From Guillardia theta CCMP2712 (Eukaryota; Protista; Cryptophyta), in contig NW_005434608.1 in assembly GCF_000315625.1 (NCBI RefSeq), forward strand, positions 185,353 to 249,352: a stretch of DNA of 64,000 nucleotides. Reading direction: 5' to 3'. Below are positions 22,862-33,751 of the stretch, piece by piece. Position 1 is the first letter of the stretch; each line of letters begins with the position of its first letter. Position numbers and translations under genes: made by a program. Under the pieces are notes generated by a model that saw only the letters and a list, made by a program, of their open reading frames with translations, was not told the DNA's origin and made no database searches.

Positions 22862-25800
22862 ATGGTTTACGACATTTCCCCTTACGCTGGCAAGATCCTC
22901 TTCGAGGAACGATCCAGCACATTTCGTCTCTACGGGCGAAACAGTCTGTATGCATTCAGAGCGGATGAGGGTGGAAATCTTGAGCACCTGTACTGGGGGA
23001 AATCCATTCCCCCACAGGATGACCTGAGATACCTCTCGTTCTCGAATGTGCAACTCAGTTTCGACCCCGGTCCTTTGACATACTTTGAAGACATCACTGC
23101 CATTCAGGATCTCGTTTCTGAGCAGCTGGACCATGAAAATCTGCTCCGCGAGTGGGACAATGCGAGGAAACAGAACGTAGCTACCTGCATGTTTGGAGAG
23201 GCGTCGGGCGTTATCAACGATGTTGAAGAGGTGGCAGGAACATTGCAGTCATCCTCCGTCCTCGACGAAGAAGCAGTTGCCAGAGCCAGACGAGAAAATG
23301 CTGCGTGGAGGTTGATGAAGATGCAAGAGCTCAAAACCAGCAGGGCTGAGGGGGAAGAAGAGTTGCGCGAGATCGACGATTCGGATGGTGAGCCCAACAT
23401 CCAAGAGGTCCCAGCTCCCAATTATCCTATCAAGAGCCCTCACTTGGGCCCGATGGCCTCGTTCACCAGCCCTCACCTTGGTCCTCTCCACCCAAGCTTG
23501 GCAAAGGCTGGAGCCTTCGGCGAGGGCTTCCTCCCTCTGAATGCCTACCCTCCCGCTGAGGAGTTTGGGCTGGGCCCTCAAGCCACTGAGGATATGATTC
23601 CTCCGGTCAGGTCTCGACGCGGAAGCCTTACAGGACACGACGATGTTGAGTGGGAAGGCACTCTACCACAGGTTGGGCGCAACACCAAACTGCTCGAATT
23701 CGCAGATTTGGGTACTGGTGACTATCGTCCCCCGAGCTTTTGTGTTGTCTACGAAGACGGCAGTACAATCTGTCCTCTCACCTACAAGGGGCATGAGATT
23801 CACAGAGGGAAGCTGCCCATGAAGTTCGCGAAGGGAAAACTGCCGGAGCTGCGAGGAGGAGAAGAAGACTGCAACAGTCTTGTGGTGCAGATGGAAGACA
23901 GATTGACAGGTCTTGAGTTCGATCTGGTCTACACAGTGTACAAAGACCTCGACGCAATCACGAGGAGAGTCATTGTTCACAATCCCAAAGAGAAGAAGAG
24001 CAATGGCAACAGCAACAAGCCGCGTACTCCGACGAGACTGGACAAGCTTATGAGTGCCACGGTAGACTTCCACACGATGAGTGGGCTGAATCTCATCACA
24101 CTGAGTGGTAGCTGGGCCAATGAGAGACACCAGAGAGTTCAGTCACTTGTTCAAGGAAGGTTTGTCTCGGAAAGTCTTCGTGGTACGAGCAGTCATCAAC
24201 ACAATCCTTTCTGTGCCATTACCACCACCCCCGAAGAGCTCTTCGAAACCCACGGCGATGTCTGGGCGTTCTCTCTCGTCTACTCCGGCAACTTCATCAT
24301 GGAGGCTGAGGTCACCGAGACTGGCCGAACTCGAATCAATGCTGGTATCAACCCCAGCACATTCAAATGGCACCTTCCTCCCGGAGACTCGTTTGAATCG
24401 CCTGAGGTAATAAGAATGTTTCTTCCGAACTCAAAGGCTCACATGGAGTTTTGCAGTGTGTTCTTGTTTACAGCGATTCTGGACTGGAAGGCATGAGTCA
24501 CACATTCCATGCCTTGTACAAAAAATATCAGATTCCGCAAAGGTGGGCCAACACCGTCCCGCCAATCCTTTTAAATACTTGGGAAGCCATGTACTTCGAC
24601 GTGAACCATTCCAAGGTCCTGGAGCTAGCAAAGGTTGCTGCAACCTGTGGTGTTGAGATGATAGTTCTTGATGATGGATGGTTTGGGGAAAGAGAGGATG
24701 CTACTTCGTCTCTGGGAGACTGGGATGAAGATCGTAGAAAGTTTCCAGACGGTCTGTCTGCTCTTGTTCAAGACATCAACGCCCTGGGGTTGAAGTTTGG
24801 TATCTGGGTAGAGCCAGAGATGGTGAACGTCAAGAGCAAGTTATATCGCAAGTATCCAACCTGGTGCTTGAATCAGCATGGAAGGAACAGTCGATGTGAG
24901 GGCCGAAATCAGCTTGTTCTTGACTTCACGAGAGAAGAAGTTTGTCAGTACGTCATATCCAAACTCAACGCTCTCCTATCTGCTTCGAACATTGAGTACT
25001 TGAAGTGGGATATGAATAGGCACCTTACCGAAGTTTATGGCAACGCTATCATGCCAGAGAAACAAGGTGAAGTATTCCATCGCTACATGGTCGGTGTCTA
25101 TAAGGTCCTCGCATTCTTGAACGACAAGTTCCCTCATGTCAGAATCGAGACGTGCTCTGGAGGAGGAGGTCGGTTCGATGCTGGCATGCTTCACTACTGC
25201 CCACAGATCTGGGCTAGCGACAACACGGACGTGTTTAGCCGCATGGCAATCCAGCATGGAACCAGTTTGGCTTATCCGATCTCCTCCATTGGCTCACACA
25301 TTACAGCTGTACCCAATCATCAGACCCAGCGGCTCTCGACCCTCAAGACCAGGTTTCTCGTCGCTCTCTTTGGAACCTTCGGACTCGAGCTTGACCTGAG
25401 GCGCCTGAGCCCCGTTGACCTCAACGAGCTCTCACAGTACACAGCCAAGTACAAGGAGCTCGCCCCTACCGTCCTCCACGGCAAGTTCTACAGACTTTGG
25501 GCCCCGTCCAGGCTGAGCGACCGTCATGCTTATGCGTGGATGTGTACGTGCGAGAACGAGCAAGAGGACATTGCTGCTGTTGTCGCCGTCTTCCTCACCA
25601 AGACTGAGCCGGGACGTTACCTTCCTCGACTTCGCTTGAGGGGACTGGACCTGGCCAGCAACTATGTGGTGGAGGAGATCTTCCCTAACACTTCCATGAG
25701 GAACCGCAACACTGGTCAGCTCGAGATGACGGGCGGCATGCCGCAATGGCAGCTTGGAAAGCAGTCGATCGTGATGTCAGGAGCAGCGCTCATGAACGTC

Positions 25801-25887
25801 GGGGTTCCCGTTCGTCTCTCCTACGACGGAGACAGCAGCGCTTTTGTGCTCCACCGCCACAGGAACCCAGTCCCAGCTTCCAACTGA
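22862..25887 (+). CDS. Alpha-galactosidase, glycoside hydrolase family 36 (AgaA/melibiase type)
   Basis: LEHLYWGK, LEFADLGTGDYRPP, LSGSWANERH, SLRGTSSHQHNPF, FSLVYSGNF, LLNTWEAMYFD, VLDDGWFGER, FGIWVEPEMV, YLKWDMNR (nucleophile), ETCSGGGGRFD, WASDNTD (acid/base). Single 50-nt intron 24407-24456. Confidence 0.96.
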
Positions 25888-26052
25888 AGGGCAGGACTAG
25901 AAATTCCTCTGGTATTTCGATACACGCTTGCTTGTTTTTGCTTGCAGCAACCTGTTTTGATCAATTTTTGTTGTGCATGAAATAGGAATTGAGCGGATAT
26001 GGTAATTAAACAGGATCTGGTACTACTTTCGCCTTCAGGCCCCCGACATCAT

Positions 26053-26992
26053 TCAAATGGTCGTTAACCCCTTTGCTTCACGCTTTGCCTGTGTCATCTT
26101 GCGATACCTGCCAACAACGTCAGCTGCCTGTGTCTTCACCTCTCTCTCCGCCCACCCCTCCCCCCCCCCCCGGCCCCCCCTCCCTCGACCCCTCCTTCCA
26201 TCCCTCCCTCCCTCTCTCCCTCCCTCTCACTGTGAAATCGCGTTCTGCCGCAGCATTTCCATCTGTCGCTTCAGCTTCGACTCCCCTGACAGCTCAGGGA
26301 TCGCCGGCATGCCATTGATGACATATCCGTTCCCACTGCACCAGCGTGAGAAAAAGAAGCCGGGCAGTACAGGACAGGGATGTCAACAGCGATGAACAAG
26401 GAGGGAGAGTGAAGATAGGAGCAATGAAAGGGAGGCTGGAAAGCTAAGATCCTCACCTTGGTTGTGCTGATACTGGTTTGTTCAGTCCTTTGAGTGGCTT
26501 CGAAACTTTTATAATCGGGGGGCGATAAGCTTGCTCCCCAAACTTGGGCGCCTCCTGACCGTCGACTTCAGAGTCAGACTCTTCCTCAGAAGGCCTAGGG
26601 GCCCTCTTCGCTTTCTTCTTCTCCTTCTTCTCTTCCTTCAGGCGGTTGAGGAAGTTCTTCCGCTTCTGACTGGACTTGGTTGAGCTCCTTGCGGAGTTTA
26701 TTATCATCTCCCTCGTCTCCTTGCTGATCCTCTTGATGAACGTCTTGAACTTCTCCCCTGGCAACCTCCCGTCCAACTTTGTCTTGGGCTTTGCCTTGTC
26801 CTCCTCCTCTTTCTTGCGCTCATCAATACTGATATTCTTCGAGGGCTTCCGCTCAATCGGTACTTGTTCTATCTTGCCAAAATGAGAGCTATGGCCCAGA
26901 CGCTTTCGCTTGTTGATTTTCACTCCCTGATGCGCAAGAACATCGTTCCTCAAGCGCGGGTTGATGTTCTTCGTTCTCAAAGGTTTGCCCAT
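26053..26992 (-). CDS. CCDC137: CCDC137-like basic nucleolar coiled-coil protein
   Basis: RLPGEKFKTFIKRI, KRKNFLNRLKEEKK, PKFGEQAYRPPII and the spliced tail KRQMEMLRQNAISQYRKMT match the motif order I recall for CCDC137. Two introns. Confidence 0.7.
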
Positions 26993-27917
26993 CCTCTCTT
27001 GTTAGCAGATTTAATATACACAAGGACACGAGCAGGTTCTTTCCCCCTCCAGTCCTCTCAAAACTTGCTTGAGGTTATCCTACAAACCCCACGTAACCGG
27101 TCTTCTGTACTTTACCCTACTATGCCCAGCTCGATCGGCGTTGGTAGCGTGTCTGATACTAGTTCAGTTCTGTTCTGCCTCAAATCTTTCCTCCCGTGCT
27201 CTCCTTGTCTGTCTCCTCTCCTCCTCCCCTCCACTACCAACTGTCCTCCGCACGTGCCATCTCCCGTGCCATTGCGGGTCCCAACGATCTTGTAACGGTT
27301 TCAACCAAGCGGTTTTGGACCGTTACAGTAGATCTGGGGTTGGCCCGTTATATTTTAAAAGTATTATACAGCTCTCTCAAAAAGCCTATAAATGCTTGTA
27401 AATTTGCGTAGTGAATAATAATAACTGGCTCACAAATAGAATGTTGACTACCCCTGGTATAGACAACATAGCTCTATGTTCGTTTTATTCTAGTTGGGGT
27501 AGGGTACGTTTTTTTTCGTCTACGACCTCTGCAAAGGTACCTGGATCTGTGGAGTTGTACGGGAATGCACCAAAAGATACTGAAAAGACAGTACAAGCAT
27601 ATATATATTATATTTAAATGTTTTGCTGTACTCTGAACTTGTCATAATGATTTTTCAAATATGATGAAACAATATAAAACTTAATGTAGAAATTTTTGAA
27701 GAAATTTCTCGTACAATTCAATCTCTACCAGGTAGAGATGGCTTGGTATCAACATAAAACGTTTTATGTTACCACACCCTTTGAGCATACCACCCCTTGG
27801 TCTATCACCCCTACCTACCAGTATTCATGCATAAGATACTAGGTTGTACCGGTATACAGTACCCTCGTTGTTGAAAGACCACCCACCCACCCTAGCGGTG
27901 CTAGCAGAAGGACAGCC

Positions 27918-29136
27918 ATGACGCCTCAATGGCGGGGTCTCGTGAACGGGACTGTTATCTACATCGCCCTCGGCATCGTCGCTCTATGCTTTGTCGTCTG
28001 CATCTCGAAGCCGAACAAGCCGTAAGTTCCACCGCCATCACTGAAGCCTCCTCCCCATCCGTGGCTTGCTGATTCCTTCTCTACGTCCACAGAAGGCAGT
28101 GATGTTTCACTTGATTTCCTTGAATTCCCATCGCTGATAGTTACTTTTCGCTGCACACTTGACTTGAGCATCATGACCATGTCACTGTTACTTTGATGTG
28201 CCAGCTGACCTTGTTTCATTTTCACATCTTTTGCAAGAGTATGCGTGTTGTTCGTCTTTTTATAAGGTCGTTACCCGTTGTCAGTTTAAGTTCTTGTCTA
28301 TCTTTCTGCGTCTACCACCAGGAGTAGATCGCTGTTTCTTGCTTGATGGCTCCACCACACTCGTAAATTGCAATCGGAATATGAAGAGGACTGTTTCGAT
28401 GTTCGCGTCGTTTGCTCATTCGACTTACCTCCCCCTGTCACTCTTGTGCGTTCTGCGCTGCAGTTTGAGCCCTTTCCCCAACTTAAGGAGGTTGTGAACT
28501 AGTTTATCTTTTTTGCAATCGCAGTGATCTTTCTCTCTCGTGGTGTTTTGCTGATTGATAGATGCACACATGATTCGTTGAGTGATTTAATGTTGCCGTG
28601 TAATCAAATTCATCATATTTCCGTGACAGCGCTCTTCAAGCTCCATTTAAGTACTCTTGCTGTTCCACTTGCTTGGTGCAATTTCAGGAACATTTGTGCC
28701 ATTTCGTTGCTTTGCTCTTCTTCCCTATGTGTGCTATCAATCTCACCCTTACCAGCCTCGGTGGCATTGGTTGACGTCTTTGTTTGTTTGTTTTCTTCTT
28801 CCCTCTCTTCTTGTACAATCTCTGAGAAATCAGTGTCACGACAAGTCCTAACGAAATGTCTGCAGTTTGTACACAGTTAGCGTCATTTTGACAACCGTTT
28901 GCACATGGTTGTTGTGGGCCTGCTGCTACATGTCGCAGATGTATCCTATCCTGTAAGTCTGCACCTCCTCTTCCCGATAGTTCTTAACGCTCGAGATAGG
29001 TATCCTATGCTGGGTGCAGCTCCGGGCGACGGCCACGGGGGAGGGGATCACTCTGCAGTTGATCCTCACAACACAGGTGGGTTAATTCAGCGTGTCTGCT
29101 CGGGTTCTTTGCTTTGACTCAAGTGCAGGCCATTAA
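27918..29136 (+). CDS. VMA9: V-type ATPase V0 subunit e (missed by the ORF track)
   Basis: Exons 27918-28021, 28866-28952, 29000-29076 and 29129-29136 give MTPQWRGLVNGTVIYIALGIVALCFVVCISKPNKPLYTVSVILTTVCTWLLWACCYMSQMYPILYPMLGAAPGDGHGGGDHSAVDPHNTGH*. Two TM helices and the C-x-W-L-x-W-x3-Y-M-x-Q-x2-P signature. Confidence 0.9.
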
Positions 29137-29712
29137 ACGTTAGAAAGCAGGGAAAGCAGGGATGTTTATTTTACGCACAACGATGAAATCTTGAGAATAC
29201 AACAAAAAAATTGCAGCTCAAACTTTTCTGTGGGGAGTTTTGACAGCAGATTGTGGTAGAGCATGCTGAAGGGAATCTCCCATGAGGTATTGGCCTATGA
29301 TACTATTCCGGCCTGTAGACGAAAAACTGCAGTTTGAAAGTATCGTGAATCCCGCCACTAACATACTCTGTCACGTTGTCCAGCCTACCACCATCCCTAC
29401 ATTCATTCACGGTTATTGTTACACTAGGCGTTGACAGAGAGAATGCTAGGAATCATGCTGCTCTCTGCTTTATCTTACTTCACATGATTAAACCACCGAC
29501 GTGTACAACGAATGAAAACAACTGAGACAACTCTTATGTCATCTCATTTGTTTACAAAACTGCAGCTGGCAAAAGCTAACGAAAAGCACATTCGCAATTA
29601 AGATACTCAAATCAACATCATTCATGACTCTCAATGTTTTATTCACACCTGCCACTCTCGATCTTGTCTCGAATAATATCGTGATGCCGAAGAAAATGTA
29701 ACTGTAACTCTC

Positions 29713-29725
29713 TGCCTGCCTGCCT

Positions 29726-29758
<33 letters not shown>

Positions 29759-29885
29759 CATCTTGCTTCTGATCCTCCTCCCTCCCTCCCTCCCTCCCTC
29801 CTCGTCGCCGTTATCTCCGTCGTCGTCTTCCTCATCATCATAATCATCATAATCATCTCCTCCCCCTCCCCCTCCCCCTCCCCCA
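29713..29885. repeat. Compound microsatellites (GCCT)n, (CCCT)n, (TCA)n, (CCCCCT)n
   Basis: Visible tandem runs. Confidence 0.9.
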
Positions 29886-30060
29886 CTTCCATCTTCATCC
29901 CTCCTCGATTCTCCCTCTCTAATACTAAAACCATCCACCCCGCCTCACCGATAATTCTGAGACAGCAATTACTAGCCCTAGTAATTTCAAGTTTATTTTG
30001 GTGCTGTCTTCATTCTTTATATTGCTCAACATACTCTCACGTTTGAAAACGCTGGCGCCA

Positions 30061-31172
30061 ATGCCCGGCCCGTGCGCCCAATCATGCACGGGGAGCGGCC
30101 CCTCCGTCCCTGCTCTTCTTCTCCCCCTCCTCCTCCTCCTCCTCCCTTCTCAGAATGTTGTTTGCTTACACCATTCTCACGCCGACGTTCGTCTCTCAAA
30201 GTTCGCCCCCTCCGATCACCCCTGGGGGCCGGTAGTGTTGCGTCACTGGAACTTGCATGCAGGGATCCGCCAGGGAGAGAGGGCGGAACGTTTGGCAGGC
30301 GGGCACATTCTTGAACGGCTAAGAGGAGGCTCAGCTACGAAGGATGCTGCGGTGAAAAAGGTTAGTTCCTCCATGCTCTGCTGGATCACCACTGAACGAG
30401 AGTCCCTCGGCAGCCCCAGATCAATTTAGCATCAAGCTTGGAGGCGTCCCGAGCTATCCTGATATGGCTGTTGAAGAGCAGCATAGCCATCATGACAAGT
30501 CTCATCACAACTTCTGCTGTCATGGTCGCGTTCGAATTCACAGCGCACAAGATTAAACCTGACCTTCAAGAGAGTGGGATGCCCGACATGCTGGCGGCCT
30601 TGGTACGTCTGACCATGGTGGACATTCCTCGACGTCCTCTTGACTTTCTTCCCTCCCCATAGGTACTTGCTGGCTCCCTTGTTGGCTCCGGTCTTGGTGG
30701 GCTCGTCCTGACAAAGCTCTCCCCTTCTCACCCGACATTCCTCGCGCTCCTCGTCAGCGGACTCTTCACAGCAGCTCAGAATCTCAACCTGCAGACAGTG
30801 GAGCATCCCCCCTGGTATCACGTTGCAGGCATTCTCTCTTTCATCCCTCCGTACCTGCTCGCATCCTTGCAGCCTTGGGAGAGGAAATCCATCTCCATGA
30901 CGCTCGGAGCGCTGGGAAAAGGGTCCCCCAGAAAGGCCAAGTCACCGGTAAAGACCACTCGCTTCAAGCTTGATCCTGCGTACGATCAGGCAGAGGAGAA
31001 CGAGCTTCAGGATGAGGAGGTGCAAAGCACTGAGGATCGAACAGATGCTTCAGAGCCAGACAAGACATCGAAAACCCCCAAGAAGAGCAAGACCCCCAAG
31101 ACGCCGAGTTCGGGCAAGAAAGAGTCCAAGACCCCTAAGAAGACGCCGCGCAGGAAGGATAAAGACTCATAA
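30061..31172 (+). CDS. Multi-pass membrane protein with signal peptide, RLRGG-ending leader and Lys/Thr/Pro-rich basic tail
   Basis: Introns 30361-30413 and 30603-30662 keep frame. Contains ALLLPLLLLLLP, ILERLRGG, four hydrophobic segments including AGSLVGSGLGGLVLTKL and NLQTVEHPPWYHVAGILSFIP, and a tail with repeated KTPK. Confidence 0.8.
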
Positions 31173-31553
31173 GAGGACGTAGAGGATGGTGTGATGGACT
31201 GTTTCCTCTCCTCTGCTTCACCCGCAGTTTGGATTTTCCCAACAGACTGAACTTCGTGCAACTTGTCCCTTGGGGCTTTCGCAGGCTGCCACTCACGTTC
31301 ACGACAGTTTCAACGAGACGTTTATTGAGTCAGATGTTTTCTTTTCGCAACGTATGATAATATTTCTGCTCTGATCTTGGAGGCATAGAGAATATGTTAA
31401 TAAAACGAGTTGTCATTCTAGTCTTCCTTGGTCTGACGCAGGCAGCAACACCAGCAGAGGCCGAAGCACGAGAGGCAGGGGAGCCATGAGAAGAGATAGA
31501 CTATCAGCGGGCCGATGAGCCATGCATGGACGAGGGAGGAGGGGAGAAGAAGT

Positions 31554-32132
31554 TCAGCAAGGGAGCCGAAGTCTTGGACATGGACTGTCACCGTGCTGCT
31601 CGCTGCTCCTCTTCATGTAGAACGAGGCCCCACTGTCCGACGCGGCCTCTTCCTCCTCCGACGATCCATCGGGATAGATCGTGATGCTGTAGCTCCTCCC
31701 CCCCCTGCGAATCGTCGAGTGCAAGGTCATGCCGGGCTGCCACTCCCTCCACACCTGGTCGCCGAAATTCTCCCGGAACATGCTGTCAGCGTCCTCGAAG
31801 CGAAAAATGCTCGACGAGAAGTCGCTGAACGCATCTCCTTCCCTCCCATGGCCGCGCAGTGAACGGTTGTAGACCTGACGCTTCTTGGGATCTTTGAGGA
31901 TCTCGTACGCCTGTGCTATCTCAGTAAACCTCGTCTTCGCTTCCGGGTCCTTGTTCTTGTCCGGGTGCCACATCACCGCTAGCTTGCGGTAAGCTCGTGC
32001 AATCTCCCTATCCGAGCAGTCCTTCTCCACCCCCAACGTCGCATATAAGTCATGCTCTCCCGCACACACGTCGAGGAAGCATGCTCCCATCGCAAGCGTC
32101 CAGAAGATGAACCGCCACTGCATTTTGGTCAT
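31554..32132 (-). CDS. Secretory-pathway DnaJ (J-domain) protein
   Basis: Signal peptide MQWRFIFWTLAMGACFLDVCA, then DLYATLGV...IARAYRKLAVMWHPDKNKDPEAKTRFTEIAQAYEILKDPKKRQVYN and an F-rich linker. 3' end uncertain. Confidence 0.9.
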   Translation of the reverse strand: MTKMQWRFIFWTLAMGACFLDVCAGEHDLYATLGVEKDCSDREIARAYRKLAVMWHPDKNKDPEAKTRFTEIAQAYEILKDPKKRQVYNRSLRGHGREGDAFSDFSSSIFRFEDADSMFRENFGDQVWREWQPGMTLHSTIRRGGRSYSITIYPDGSSEEEEAASDSGASFYMKRSSEQHGDSPCPRLRLPC

Positions 32133-32561
32133 CGTGCGGCGATGAAGACTCTGCCTATCCTTGGAAGGGGAGTAGATGAAGTTCCAGAACAGCAACAGCC
32201 AACAGCGGATGGACGGAGTAGTAGGATCAGGAGCAGGAGCAGGATTGAGCGTGCTGGGCCAACGACAACAGAACCACTCTGGAAGTACCCCTAGGTACCT
32301 ACCATTTTGGCTTCTTTTTAGTGTATTCAATAGGGGTGGGTGCTACAAAACAATTTTCCTATCTTGGTGCCATCGGGGAGACACGAAGGGGAGACGCGTT
32401 TGAGATGGGAGGTTGGAGGAGAGGAGGGGAGAGGAGAAATGAGAGGACGGCTGAACACAAGGAATGGTCATGATAGAGCATTGCAGTCAAGCTTCTTCCC
32501 CTCGGTGAATCAGGACACGAGTACATCTGAGCGCTCTTCGACCGTGGGTTCGCTGTTAGGA

Positions 32562-33622
32562 ATGGCGGCGAAGTCAAGATTGCAGCTTGGGATAGACTTT
32601 GTGTGCGACGAGCAAGGTAGACTTGTGGTACAACATGTACAGAGAGAGAGCGTGGCTGGGAAAAGCGGAAAGATTCAGACAGGGGACATGCTGCTCTGGA
32701 TGCAAACAGAGAAACGAGGAGGAGCTGGCAATGTAGAGACGAAGGACCTGCAAGCCGCAGAGCTCGCAGAGTTCTTGGCTGGCGGCCAGGCAGCGACTGT
32801 GGATGTGCTGCGGATCTTCTTCTTCCGGGCCGGTTGCAAAGAAGAGATCATGCTCGAGGTCGACGTCAGAGCCAAGACATGTCTACATGTGACTTGTCTT
32901 GTGTACATGAAGGTCCTTCCTGACTCTTCCTGTTTGAAGCGCGAGAAGAGCGTAGGCGCTAGCAGAGCTCAAGGCCATGACGCTTTCTTCGAGCACATGA
33001 ATGCCCAGAGGTTCCTGACAACCCTGATGAAACCGGGGATGAAGGTGATGTAAAGATTGCTCCATCTCCCGAGCTCCGGCGGATGTTGGCTGACTTACAG
33101 CTGCAGAGACCGAACAACCTCATAGCAAACACAAGGTCCTCGCGCGCCTCCTCCCCTCTGTCGCAACGTGTTTAATGCATCCTGACAGTGAGAACTGGGA
33201 GCTATGGGAGGGTCCTGATGATGCTGAGGTACTCCTCTTCCTCCTGTTGCTAGCAACCGATGACGAGGCAGCGCAGGATACCGAAGTGGAGTGTCTGCTG
33301 GACAACTCAGCCCAGCCAGTAGGCAAGTACCTTGTGCAGCAGTCGGGCTGATCGACCTCAGGCCTCGTTGTCAGCATATGAAGAGAGCACGATCAATGCT
33401 TGCGTTGCGACGATGATGGGTTTCTCATGGCGATTTCGAACCGTGATAGCAGGTGAGGCATGCTTAGTGAATGGAACAATCTCGTCTGAGCGATGCTTGT
33501 CAAGGCATTTTCATCACCATTTCCTGCTGCATTGCGATGCATTTTCTCTATCTTTACCTAGAACATTCTGCTCTGTAAATCAATGCTACCATTTAATTTT
33601 CCCCTCATGCTCCACGGCCTAA
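32562..33622 (+). CDS. PDZ-like domain protein (multi-exon, 3' end uncertain)
   Basis: QLGIDFVCDEQGRLVVQHVQRESVAGKSGKIQTGDMLLWM follows the PDZ betaB-betaC-alphaA-GD pattern. Confidence 0.6.
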
Positions 33623-33751
33623 AAATCGCACGCTCCAATCACCGCTACAAAGTACAAGACACGGCTCATCAACGAAAACTCCTGGAACGATTCGACAGGA
33701 CTAGCAACCCCTTGACAGATTGTGACCTCGTCGTGTACCACCGCATTCCAC

